Shown: positions 18,701 through 27,292 of the stretch, piece by piece
Position numbering within the stretch: the stretch's first letter is position 1
Layout of the letters: each line of letters starts with the position of its first letter
DNA from: Longimicrobiales bacterium
GTDB taxonomy: Bacteria; Gemmatimonadota; Gemmatimonadetes; Longimicrobiales; Gaopeijiaceae
Direction: 5' to 3'
DNA length: 64,000 nt
Assembly: GCA_965204735.1 (NCBI GenBank)
Contig: OZ242008.1
Span: 512,001-576,000 of the forward strand
Notes under the pieces: generated by a model
The model's database searches: none
Told to the model about the DNA's origin: nothing
The model's input: only the letters and a program-made list of their open reading frames with translations
Program-made: the position numbers and the translations under genes

Positions 18701-18918
18701 GTCCCCGCCGGGTCCAGCACCTCGATCTGCGGCTCCAGCCGCGTCAGGAAGACGGCCTCGCGCTCCCGGACGAGCTCGGAGACGCCGTCGCAGACCAGCT
18801 GCGAGCCGCCGTCCGGCGTCGAGTCCACCCGCCGCACGACCCACTCGGCGTCCCGGACGACGACGCGAGCGCCGGGAGCGAGGGTTGGGGACCGGATCGT
18901 CAGCGGGACTGGCTCCAT
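15775..18918 (-). CDS. SNF2-family (RapA/DrmD-like) helicase, ~1047 aa
   Basis: LIADAVGLGKT, VIVIDEAH, LTATPHDG, VFTERIETL, SDVASEGINL, QRNGRVDRYGQ; N-terminus LAPGARVVVRDAEW; start chosen at ATG 18918. Confidence 0.92.
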   Translation of the reverse strand: MEPVPLTIRSPTLAPGARVVVRDAEWVVRRVDSTPDGGSQLVCDGVSELVREREAVFLTRLEPQIEVLDPAGTRLVRDESPQFADSRLYIESLLRQAAPSDKRIRAGHLGAMDSVAYQLAPARQALRQPRQRILIADAVGLGKTLEAGVLVSELIARGRGRRILVLALKSMLTQFQKEFWNRFTIPLTRLDSVGIQRVRRRIPTSHNPFHYYDKSIISIDTLKQDREYRTYLEQAYWDVIVIDEAHNVADRGTGSLRSRLARLLARRSDTLIMLTATPHDGKARSFASLVNMLDATAITDPEDYRREDFRDKGLVIRRFKKDIRADVRDAFRDREVHRSRFPASAKEERAYEALLAVKVARAGRARASAGLRAQASGWALTGSGAVASGGALASSEAVASGGALAGSEAEATDPGANAGGQERRDLFSVTLEKALFSSPAACLATVDNRIRRRERELNQRTADGTGAAPAAAAAAEVGAEMTSLRALRDALAVIGPRDYAKYQALLDAIRGGRPFRWKASGRGAAEDRLVVFTERIETLRWLRKHLAEDLGLASAQVAILHGTMNDVDQQRVVEDFGNAKRPVRLLLCSDVASEGINLHYHCHRLIHFDMPWSLMVFQQRNGRVDRYGQKRRPQIVYLVAESTNQRIRGDTRILEILQAKDEQAYKNIGDPATFMNVHDVSAEEEITAKAMAEGEEADDFDARHQPKSNKAEDLLALFLGTAGGSRQGPGEQGPATDSREPAPERGPPAPPLSLFADDLAYCEQALHRLRRRNPALRFDVDADSGSLTLDAPDDLLHRFDPFPREVVPQDGRFRLTTDRERIGEAIVESRRDEHAWPKLHYLWRLNPVVGWLNDRMLAAFGRHQAPVVTGVPQLADDEAVFVLSGMVPNRKSHPLVHEWVAVTFQGGKQAGIETFQALLDRTGLKEQAVPNRNIQPDLDALQKLLPGAVQRAKEWLDGRRQAFEDRMDEQLNRELAALEGLKARRIKQLALKLERSQRTEAFKAHQRSAGEREIEDIFDDYLEWVEDTMTLESQPYIKVVCVMVGGH
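17705..17812. repeat. Three degenerate 36-bp in-frame tandem repeats inside the SNF2 gene
   Basis: Units start at 17705, 17741, 17777; encode AVASGGALA-like 12-mers between the two RecA lobes. Confidence 0.8.
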
Positions 18919-19334
18919 CGGCAGGTCGCTCTCGGCCGTCTTGCCCTGCCGTGTCCGAAGGTGGGTGCTCGCTGAAGTCCGTCGCGAGCCGCCGCGTGCG
19001 AAGTCGCCGAACCGTAGCGACGAACGCGCCGGCCAGCAAGAACGGGGATGGTGCCTCGGCTTCCTGGCCCGCCGGCACTGGAGGCGACTTCGGCGTGCCC
19101 GTCGGCTTGACCGCTTCCTGCGAGAGCCTCGGCAGTCGCGGGCCGGCGTTCGGAGGTGTCCCACTTGCGGGCCGTGCCGTTGATCACGATACTTGAGCAG
19201 GATGGTTCTACTACGGCCTGCGTCCGAAGGGAAGCTCCGAATGAGTCCACACCGTACTCTATGCCCACGTCCGCGGGAGGCGCGGCGCTCCGGGACATCC
19301 CCGAAGCAGACGATCGACAGCTGGAGACGGCGCG

Positions 19335-20399
19335 ATGTTCACTGAACTGTATATTCGCAATTTCCGTCTGTTCGAGGACCTGACGATCAAGGACTTGAGG
19401 CGAATCAATCTGTTCGTCGGGAAGAACAACTCCGGGAAGTCTGCAGCGGTAGAGGCAGTTGTGCTGGTGGCGGTGCCCCATGGGCCGTTTCAGTTGATCG
19501 GCACGAGAGGCGTAGAGGTGCCCAATGACAAGTACGCGTTCGACAGCTACCTTCGGTACTTCTTCCGCAATTTAGATGCTAGTGAGGAGATGGAGATAAC
19601 GGCAAAGCAATCGGAATTCGGAATCCGGAAGTGCACGGCCGTTGTTGTACAAGCTCCTGATGCTTCAGTCCTGGCGGACCGGCCGCCCACGGAATCGATT
19701 GGCAAGCTGCCATCGCAAGCAGCTCTCAAGGTACGTCTGGACGAGGAGCGTGACCGCTATCTCCAGTACCAGGCGTTCCTGGACAACGAGCGCGAGCGCT
19801 TGGCACTGGCCGAACAGGAGGAATCCATGCCGCCGCCTCGTTCGTTATCGGTGGAATACGTGCCCCCGAACCTGGATCTGGGTGAGCCTGTCATTGATCG
19901 CTTGAGCAAGCTAAGGAAAGAGAAACGCACCCATTTCATTCTTGATATCTTGCGTCAGATCGAACCTCGGTTGGCAGGTGTCCCTGAAATACTGATGGAC
20001 CACGGGAAACCGAACTTGTTCTGCGACATCGGCATCGGCAAGCTGTTGCCGCTGGGCTTGATGGGACAAGGATTGGTGCGTGTCCTGAGGTTGGCGGTGA
20101 TGATGGAGTCAACTAGTAAAGGGCACATCGCGGTGATCGACGAAATCGAAAACGGCCTCCATCACGAATCGCTGTTCGACGTCTGGCGAGCGCTGGGCGA
20201 GGCCGCGCATAGGTACGACAAACAAGTATTTGCCACAACCCACAGCTACGAGTGTCTTCGTGCTGCTAACGACGCCATTGACAGAAACGACTTGGCCATA
20301 CATCGCCTGGAGGTTGACGACGACAGGACGACTCGTTGCGTGACGCTTGATCCCGAGGCAATCGAAGGGGCGATCGCAAACGGATTCGAGATACGTTGA
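19335..20399 (+). CDS. ABC-type ATPase (AAA_15/AAA_21-like)
   Basis: IRNFRLF, Walker A GKNNSGKS, signature-like MGQG, Walker B IDEIENGLH, FATTHS. Confidence 0.9.
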   Translation: MFTELYIRNFRLFEDLTIKDLRRINLFVGKNNSGKSAAVEAVVLVAVPHGPFQLIGTRGVEVPNDKYAFDSYLRYFFRNLDASEEMEITAKQSEFGIRKCTAVVVQAPDASVLADRPPTESIGKLPSQAALKVRLDEERDRYLQYQAFLDNERERLALAEQEESMPPPRSLSVEYVPPNLDLGEPVIDRLSKLRKEKRTHFILDILRQIEPRLAGVPEILMDHGKPNLFCDIGIGKLLPLGLMGQGLVRVLRLAVMMESTSKGHIAVIDEIENGLHHESLFDVWRALGEAAHRYDKQVFATTHSYECLRAANDAIDRNDLAIHRLEVDDDRTTRCVTLDPEAIEGAIANGFEIR

Positions 20400-21094
20400 G
20401 CGACCGTGGTGACCACGGAAGATCGTGTGGCCAGAGCGGACTTCCACGACCGGAGCCCCTGAGTACGAAGAAGCTCTTGCTTGTGGAAGGAAAAACCGAC
20501 AAGAGTCTCTTTGACGGGTTCATTGCGAAGCTCGCCACAGACGGCGCGAAGCTTGCCACAGACTGCATCGTTGTTGAGAGCTATGAAGGGAGGTCCAACT
20601 TGAACGTGTATCTGAGTGGTCTGGTACGTCGAACCGGGTTCGACAATGTGGAGAGCCTTGGCATCATCCGTGATGCCAACAGTTCTGCCGACAGTGCTTT
20701 CCAGAGCGTTCAGGGGTGTCTCAAGAATTCTGACCTGCCTGTGCCTCCGTCCTTGGCGGATCGCCGTGCCGCGGGGGCGAACCCAGCGGATGATCGGAAG
20801 CGGCTCACGGTCAGCGTGTTCATCCTGCCCGACAACAAGAGCCAGGGCGAACTTGAGACTTTGCTGTACCGAACGCTGAGCCGCGACATTGTCAAATGCA
20901 TTGACGACTTTGTGAAGTGCGCGAAGGCTGCTACCGGGGTGTCGCCCTTGAAGCCCTACAAGGCGCGTGTAGCCGCGTACGTAGCGGTTCAGAAGAAGGC
21001 GCCCCACTCCCTTGCCGTATCGGCTCGGCGAGGTGTTTGGGCCTTCGATCACGACGAGCTCAGCAGCGTAGGAGAGTTCCTTCAGGAACTATGA
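20396..21094 (+). CDS. DUF3226-like (TOPRIM-like) protein coupled to the ATPase
   Basis: LLLVEGKTD, LGIIRDAN, VFILPDNKSQGELETL; 4-bp overlap with the ATPase stop. Confidence 0.75.
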   Translation: MSDRGDHGRSCGQSGLPRPEPLSTKKLLLVEGKTDKSLFDGFIAKLATDGAKLATDCIVVESYEGRSNLNVYLSGLVRRTGFDNVESLGIIRDANSSADSAFQSVQGCLKNSDLPVPPSLADRRAAGANPADDRKRLTVSVFILPDNKSQGELETLLYRTLSRDIVKCIDDFVKCAKAATGVSPLKPYKARVAAYVAVQKKAPHSLAVSARRGVWAFDHDELSSVGEFLQEL

Positions 21095-21732
21095 CGGGCG
21101 AAAACGGCATCGTCCGCCGCAGATACTCGTCGAAGATCGGAACCGTAAAGGCCGTGTCGCCGTGGGCCGGGCTGTAGATCATGCCGCTCCTTCCTCCCAA
21201 CGGCCCGATGTCGGCAAAGGAAAACAAGCGCTCGGCATAGGACCGGACCTCGCCCGCTCGAGCGACGATCTGCGGCAGTCCAGCGCCCACGAGAGCCACC
21301 GGCAGCTGCATCTGGGCGATCCGGTGAAAGGCGGTGATCAACGCGCCGAACTCGGATCGCTCCAAGTACTGGAGCTCGTCCACGAACAAGGCCAACGCCG
21401 TCTTGTTCTCTTGCGCCGCTTCCCCGGCTGCCCGCAGGAGGTCCAAGAGGTCGTGCTCCAAGTTGCCGCTGTCGGCGACCCCTGGTTCGGTGCCCAGGTC
21501 CATGCCGAACTCCAAGTCCTGGTACTTGACCTTCATTGCCGACGCGAAGCCGCCCAGCGCGCGAAGCGCCCGCTTGGCCAGGTCGCCGGCCGCTGCCCGA
21601 CGACTCATCTTGACGAGCTGCACGGATTCGATCCAAGCCGATGGCGGCGTGCTCCAGCAACTGGTCGCGGCCGGCCAACTCGGGCGGTGGCGTTCCGGCG
21701 CCGGGGGCGTAGGGGTTCTTTCTCGGGTCCAT
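21060..21732 (-). pseudogene. Internally deleted AAA ATPase (AAA_16-like) pseudogene
   Basis: MDPRKNPYAPGAGTPPPELAGRD, then frame switch near 21620 with no Walker A; ALFVDELQYL and GAGLP present; jumps directly to terminal GMIYSPAHGDTAFTVPIFDEYLRR. Confidence 0.8.
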
Positions 21733-21839
21733 GGTTTTAGTGAAGTTACACCAGTTTATCAGAATTCGCTAACATGGGGTAAGATCGCTCAAAATCGCCT
21801 GTCGCGCACTGCTGTCCGGGACTCGGTCGGCTGCCCGCC

Positions 21840-23081
21840 CTACGGCCCCTCCTCCACCGTGTGCCCCAGCCCGCGCAGCTTCTCTACGATCCGGGCCGCG
21901 TGCGCCCGACCCCGAGTCTCGGCGCGGATCTCGATGCTGACTTCGCCCACCGACACGTCGCCGAACGCTCGCACGTGGTGGATGTCCAGCACGTTGGCGC
22001 CCTCGCCGGCCACCACCGCCGTCAGCTGGTTCAGCGACCCGGGCCGGTCGCGCACGAGGACCCGAAGGCGCGCCAGCCGTCCGTCGTCCCGCAGCCCCCG
22101 GTCGATGATCCGCGCGATCATGTTCACGTCGATGTTGCCGCCCGACAGCACGCACACGACGGTCTCGTCGGGCGACAAGGCGATCTTCCCCTCCAGCAGC
22201 GCCGCCACCGGCGTGGCGCCCGCCCCCTCCACCACCGCCTTCTCGCGCTCCAGCAGGAAGAACACGGCGTCGGCGATCTCGCGCTCGCTGACGAGCACCA
22301 CGTCGTCCACCAGCGACTCCAGGAACGGGTACGCCAGCTCGCCGATCTGCTTCACCGCGATCCCGTCGGCCAGCGTGTCGGCGCTCTCCACGCCGACGGG
22401 CGCCCCGGCCCCGAGCGACTCGACGGCGCCCGGCGACGCGGCCGCCTCCACGCCCACGACCCGCACGCCGGGCCGCAACGCCTTGGCCGCGACGGCAATC
22501 CCCGAGATCATCCCGCCGCCGCCCACAGGGACCACGATGGTCGACACGTCCGGCGCCTGCTCGACGATCTCGAGCCCAATCGTCCCCTGGCCCGCCATCA
22601 CGGCCAGATCGTCGAAGGCGTGGACGCCGACCGCCCCCTCGCGAGCGACGATCCGCTCCGCCGCCTCCATCCCGTCCGACAGCGTCCGGCCGGTTTGCAA
22701 GACCCGGGCTCCGTGGCGCTTGGTGTTCGCGACCTTGATCAGCGGCGCCGTCTCGGGCATCACGATCGTGCACGGCACGTCCAGTCGGGCAGCGTGGTAC
22801 GCCAGCGCCTGGGCGTGGTTGCCGGCGCTCGCCGCCACGACTCCGCGCCGTCGCGCCTCGTCGCCCGTCACGAGGAGCTTGTTGAGCGAGCCCCGGTCCT
22901 TGAACGACCCGGTGCGCTGCCGAAACTCCGCCTTCAAGCGCACCCGGCGGACGTCCGTTCGCCGCTCCAACGCAAAGGACCGGCGACAGCTGGTCGCCAC
23001 GACCCCGTCTCCGATCCTCTGCCGGGCCGCCTGAACGTCGGAGAGCGAAAGGGTCGGCGGCGCCCTTCGCGGATCCGTCAT
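21840..23081 (-). CDS. ilvA: Threonine ammonia-lyase with C-terminal ACT domain
   Basis: QRTGSFKDRG (PLP Lys), ASAGNHAQ, PVGGGG, LSGGNID, DRPGSL. Confidence 0.9.
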   Translation of the reverse strand: MTDPRRAPPTLSLSDVQAARQRIGDGVVATSCRRSFALERRTDVRRVRLKAEFRQRTGSFKDRGSLNKLLVTGDEARRRGVVAASAGNHAQALAYHAARLDVPCTIVMPETAPLIKVANTKRHGARVLQTGRTLSDGMEAAERIVAREGAVGVHAFDDLAVMAGQGTIGLEIVEQAPDVSTIVVPVGGGGMISGIAVAAKALRPGVRVVGVEAAASPGAVESLGAGAPVGVESADTLADGIAVKQIGELAYPFLESLVDDVVLVSEREIADAVFFLLEREKAVVEGAGATPVAALLEGKIALSPDETVVCVLSGGNIDVNMIARIIDRGLRDDGRLARLRVLVRDRPGSLNQLTAVVAGEGANVLDIHHVRAFGDVSVGEVSIEIRAETRGRAHAARIVEKLRGLGHTVEEGP

Positions 23082-23097
23082 GCGTCCTCCGCCCAGG

Positions 23098-23508
23098 CTA
23101 CTCCCGGCGACGCCGGTGGACCGCCACCCTGAGCAGCGGCTCGACCCACCAGTGGAAGTGGAAGCGGTTGTCCAGCTCCCCGACCACGACCTCCCGTCGC
23201 TCCCGGGTCTTGGGCCAGTCGTCCCGTCCGTTCTCCACTACCAGCGCCTCGCCCTCCGCCAGTGCCGAGAGCTTGTCGCGCAACGCCTTCTCCAGGCGTC
23301 GCAGCAGCGCCCGCTCCGTCTCCCGATGGACCTCGCCGTCTGCTTCGGCGCCGATCTCGGCCCCGTCGATCCGCTTCCACTGGCTCTCGAAGTCGGCGGC
23401 GGAAACCGAGTACCGTCGATCCCTCCGGAACCCGATTTCGGTGATCGCCGTGGGGTTGAAGTTGGGTTGGACGCTGTGGTACGCGGTGCCGTATCGTCGC
23501 AGGATCAT
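23098..23508 (-). CDS. Hypothetical protein, 136 aa
   Basis: Co-oriented between DEAD helicase and ilvA; genome-like codon usage. Confidence 0.7.
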   Translation of the reverse strand: MILRRYGTAYHSVQPNFNPTAITEIGFRRDRRYSVSAADFESQWKRIDGAEIGAEADGEVHRETERALLRRLEKALRDKLSALAEGEALVVENGRDDWPKTRERREVVVGELDNRFHFHWWVEPLLRVAVHRRRRE

Positions 23509-23590
23509 TTCGTCGTTCGCCTTGTTCGCGGGTGGGGCGGATTCAGGGCTGGCAAGCGCTCGCCGGGGCCGGCAGCGCTCCGCCGGCGCC

Positions 23591-24844
23591 TCAGTCGTGG
23601 CTCAGGAGCGCCGCCAGCTCTTCCGGGTCGAGCGCCTCGCCGGCCTTGGTGCCCATGCCCCGCCCGGAACGGGAGCGCGGCGCGACGGCTTCGGGCCTCT
23701 CCTGCACGACGCCTCCCGCAAAGTCGAAGTCGGGGTGGTGGACCTTCTCCAGTCTCCGTTCCAGCTGGTACTCCAGCGTCCGAAACGCCCCCAGGTCGGA
23801 CGCCGTGACGAAGGTGACGGCCACCCCCGTGGCGCCCGCCCTTCCCGTGCGCCCGATCCTGTGGACGTAGTCCGCCGGGTCCATGGGCACGTCGTAGTTG
23901 ACCACGTGGGAGATGCCCTCGATGTCCAGCCCCCGTTGGGCGATGTCGGTGGCGACCAGGACCCGCACCTTGCCTTCCGTGAAGCGCTCCAGGGCGCGGC
24001 CCCGCTCCCGCATCTGCCGGTCGCCGTGGATCACGTCGCACGACACGCGGGCCTTGTCCAGTCGCGACGTGAGGGCGTCGGCCCCGGCCTTGGTGCGGCT
24101 GAAGACCAGCACCTGCTCCCAACCGGGCTGCTCCAAGAGGTGGACCAGCAGGGCGGGCTTCTTCTCGGGCCGCACCGAATACGCGATCTCCGAAATGCCC
24201 TGCGCCATGGTGCCCGACGGCGTGACTTCGATCCAGGCCGGGTCCTTCGTCATGCGCAGAGCGAGGTCGTGGACGCCGTTGGGCATGGTGGCCGAGAAGA
24301 GCAGCGTCTGGGGCCGGGCGCCCAGCCCCCGGGCGACTTCCTCGATCTGGGGGCGGAAGCCCATGTCCAGCATTCGGTCGGCTTCGTCCAGGATGAGGAT
24401 GCGGACGCCCTTGAGCTTGGCCTTCCCCCGCTTCTTCAGGTCGATCAGCCGGCCCGGTGTCGCCACGACGATCTCGTCGCCCCTGGCCAGCGCGTCCAGC
24501 TGCGGCTGGTAGCCGACCCCGCCGCAGATCACGGCGGCCCGCAAGCTGGTCCCCCGCGCGAAGGCCACCGTGTCTTCCTGCACTTGGTGGGCCAACTCCC
24601 GCGTGGGGCAGAGCGCCAGCGCCTGCAACCCCTCGCCTGCGCGCACCATGTCCAGCGCAGGGAGCATGAACGCTCCGGTCTTCCCGGTGCCGGTCCGGGC
24701 AATGCCCACCAAGTCCCGTCGCTCCAGCACCAGGGGGATCGCCTGCCGCTGAACAGGGGTCGGCTCGCTCCAGCCCAGGGCGTCGACGGCGGCCAGCCGC
24801 AGCTCGGAAAGCCCGAGGGCGGAAAACATGTTGGAATCGGTCAT
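23591..24844 (-). CDS. DEAD-box RNA helicase (RhlE-like)
   Basis: PTPVQ, ARTGTGKT, PTRELA, TPGRL, LDEADRMLDMGF, SAT, HRIGRTGRAG; start MTDSNMF at 24844. Confidence 0.95.
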   Translation of the reverse strand: MTDSNMFSALGLSELRLAAVDALGWSEPTPVQRQAIPLVLERRDLVGIARTGTGKTGAFMLPALDMVRAGEGLQALALCPTRELAHQVQEDTVAFARGTSLRAAVICGGVGYQPQLDALARGDEIVVATPGRLIDLKKRGKAKLKGVRILILDEADRMLDMGFRPQIEEVARGLGARPQTLLFSATMPNGVHDLALRMTKDPAWIEVTPSGTMAQGISEIAYSVRPEKKPALLVHLLEQPGWEQVLVFSRTKAGADALTSRLDKARVSCDVIHGDRQMRERGRALERFTEGKVRVLVATDIAQRGLDIEGISHVVNYDVPMDPADYVHRIGRTGRAGATGVAVTFVTASDLGAFRTLEYQLERRLEKVHHPDFDFAGGVVQERPEAVAPRSRSGRGMGTKAGEALDPEELAALLSHD

Positions 24845-25047
24845 TTCCAAACGTAACGGAGGAGGTGGCGGGGCTGAACCAGGGGCGTGGGGCGAGGCTC
24901 CGCCCGGAGCCGACGGAGCGAAGCCGCCGACCCGGAGGCAGAGGCTCGGGGACCGCAGCGCGCCACTGGCCGCGGGCTGGTAGCACGATCCGAATCGTCC
25001 TATTACCTTGCCGGTCGCCCTTCGACGACCCCCGACCGCAACTGCCG

Positions 25048-25689
25048 ATGCATCTGCCCGCCCCTGGCCACGTGCCGGTTCTGCCCGGCTTGGAGCAAGT
25101 ACGATTGGCTCTGTTTTCCTCCGTCGGCCTCGCCGAAGCCGACGCCGAGTTCTTTGGCGAGCTTGTCGATGGTTCCGGCTCACTGCACAGCTCGGCGACC
25201 GAAGGCGCGCCACCCGGTACGGGCTTCGCAAGTTATCGGGGTTGGGCGGGTGTTCATCTTCACGGCAAGTCCGTGGTCGACGAACCGTGGGTCCACTACC
25301 GTCTGGAGTTGTCGAGCGAATTGCTCGACCAAGGCGTCGACGAGGAGTGGCCGACAGTGTGGCCGCAGATGGCCGAGGTTCTTGCAGAACACAGCGCGGT
25401 TTTGCGTTTCACATGTCGCACTAGGCGGGAAAAGGTATCTTCGATTGTGCAGCCGCTGCCGTTGCCCGACATAGAAGGATTCAGTCACATGAGCGGGTGC
25501 CGGTTTGCAAAAACGGAGGGAGACAGGCCCGATGGCGACGAGCTCTATTCGCTCTTGATCGACCACAGCGAGGACAAGGTCCTGATAAGTGGACGACTGG
25601 CAGCAGCAGTTGCATTGAGCGACTCGCTATTCGAAGAGCCGTGGAAGTTCATGAGGTCGATCATGGACCCTGTGCTGGAGTTCCAATGA
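25048..25689 (+). CDS. Hypothetical protein (islet gene 1)
   Basis: Lower-GC ORF; stop overlaps next ATG (ATGA); start uncertain. Confidence 0.6.
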   Translation: MHLPAPGHVPVLPGLEQVRLALFSSVGLAEADAEFFGELVDGSGSLHSSATEGAPPGTGFASYRGWAGVHLHGKSVVDEPWVHYRLELSSELLDQGVDEEWPTVWPQMAEVLAEHSAVLRFTCRTRREKVSSIVQPLPLPDIEGFSHMSGCRFAKTEGDRPDGDELYSLLIDHSEDKVLISGRLAAAVALSDSLFEEPWKFMRSIMDPVLEFQ

Positions 25690-26285
25690 TGCGCGACAGT
25701 GTGACGAGGGCATGCGAGTGGGAGGACCCCTGGGACCCTACAGTGGACTACGACGTCATGTGGGATGTTGCAGAGCGCGACGCGCACGTGGCCGATCGCG
25801 CACTCCCGCCGATGGGCTCCGCCCGGGCGGCGACCTTGGCTGTGGGACAGCACAGACTCGGCATGGCAGTCGCGCGGTGGATCGGGTGGCGGTCCGATTC
25901 GCCGTCGATTGCAGAGAACCGACGACTTGCCGACGAAATCGAGCGGCTCGGAGAGGAGCTCGACACGTTGCGGCGCCAAGCTCTGGGGTTGGGGCTTTCC
26001 CAGCCGCTGAGCGATGCGCGCCGGCAGGCGGTCGCAGCCTGCATCTCCGACGCGGTCGGGGATCACTTTGGCGACAGGATGCGAAGGCTGACTTGGTCTG
26101 TCGACACGGACCCCGCGAGTACGGCGACGCACGAACTCTCGGTCCATGTCGACCGATCTGGCTTGACCCCGGAGCAGTTTGCGGCAGGCGTGCAGTCGCT
26201 TCACCTCGCGCTTGTCCGCCACCTTGCGAACGACGAGTTGCATTCGGTCAGCATGGTAGTGGAACCCATGTCCGTTCAAGCCTAG
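25686..26285 (+). CDS. Hypothetical protein (islet gene 2)
   Basis: MMRDSVTRACEWEDPWDP..., GGAG RBS upstream, short coiled segment; coupled to gene 1. Confidence 0.6.
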   Translation: MMRDSVTRACEWEDPWDPTVDYDVMWDVAERDAHVADRALPPMGSARAATLAVGQHRLGMAVARWIGWRSDSPSIAENRRLADEIERLGEELDTLRRQALGLGLSQPLSDARRQAVAACISDAVGDHFGDRMRRLTWSVDTDPASTATHELSVHVDRSGLTPEQFAAGVQSLHLALVRHLANDELHSVSMVVEPMSVQA

Positions 26286-26300
26286 CACGACCGGGACGCT

Positions 26301-26720
26301 GTGGATCCATTGAGGTTTCTGGACGTGGCGCGGCACCTCGCCGGCGTTCCGAAGGCGGTGCCGAAGGAGGCTTCGTGCCGGAGTTCCGTGGGGCGAGCCT
26401 ACTACTCTGCCTTCGGGCATCTTCGCGACGTGCTGGAGTCGGCTGGGTTCTTGCTTCCGAAGACAGGTGAAGCACATGGAAGGCTCGTCGTCCTACTGAG
26501 AAGTTCGTCCCATGAGCGAGTCAGGTCGGCGGCCGGAGGGTTGCAAGATCTCAGAAGGCAGAGAAACTCCGCAGACTACGACGTGGGGGGCTCGCGCACA
26601 CCAAGCGAGCCGTTCGACCCGTTTCGCGCCGGGCTTGCCGTGTGCTTGGCCGCCGACATCATAGGCGTGATCGACGCCCATGCTGCTCGTGACCCCAGCT
26701 TGGGAATACCAAGGCAGTAG
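26301..26720 (+). CDS. HEPN-domain protein (UPF0332-like)
   Basis: FLDVARHL...RSSVGRAYYSAF...H...LRRQRNSADYD. Confidence 0.8.
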   Translation: MDPLRFLDVARHLAGVPKAVPKEASCRSSVGRAYYSAFGHLRDVLESAGFLLPKTGEAHGRLVVLLRSSSHERVRSAAGGLQDLRRQRNSADYDVGGSRTPSEPFDPFRAGLAVCLAADIIGVIDAHAARDPSLGIPRQ

Positions 26721-26724
26721 CCCC

Positions 26725-27240
26725 ATGACCCGTCCACATTCGCACGAACCCACCTCCGCTCCGTCCGAACCCACGACCGTTCTCTTCGTCTGCTTGGGCA
26801 ACATATGCCGCTCGCCGCTGGCGGAAGGAGTGTTCGCCAGCATGGCCGAAGCCCGAGGAGTGGCCGACCGGTTCCGCGTCGATTCGGCTGGGACTGCCGG
26901 CTATCACGTGGGCGAGACGGCCGATCGTCGGTCGATCGCCGTGGCGGCCGCCCACGGGGTTCGGCTGACCGGAAGGGCCAGGCAGGTCTCCCGACGCGAC
27001 GTGAGGGAGCCGGGCGTGGTGGTGGCGATGGATCGGAGCAACCAGCGGTCGCTGGAGCGGTTGAAGGGAAGGCGCGGAGACGCCGAGATCGTCCTGATGC
27101 GCGACTACGACCCGGAGGTGGACTCTCCCGACGTGCCCGACCCCTACTACGGCGGACCCGACGGCTTCGAGGAGGTCTACCGCATCGTGGAGCGCTCCTG
27201 CAGGGAGCTGCTGGACGAGTTGGCCGCCCGCGACGGCTGA
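26725..27240 (+). CDS. Low-molecular-weight protein-tyrosine phosphatase
   Basis: VLFVCLGNICRSPLAE, DSAGT, VPDPYYG. Confidence 0.95.
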   Translation: MTRPHSHEPTSAPSEPTTVLFVCLGNICRSPLAEGVFASMAEARGVADRFRVDSAGTAGYHVGETADRRSIAVAAAHGVRLTGRARQVSRRDVREPGVVVAMDRSNQRSLERLKGRRGDAEIVLMRDYDPEVDSPDVPDPYYGGPDGFEEVYRIVERSCRELLDELAARDG

Positions 27241-27292
27241 TCAGGCCGGCAAAGCCGTTTCGAAAGACCGCGCCGACGCTGCCCACGACGCC

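Noticed and set aside
6852..18918. Calling the locus canonical DISARM or BREX
   Set aside because: No DrmA, DrmB/DUF1998, DrmC/PLD, PglZ or BrxC genes are visible in the window.
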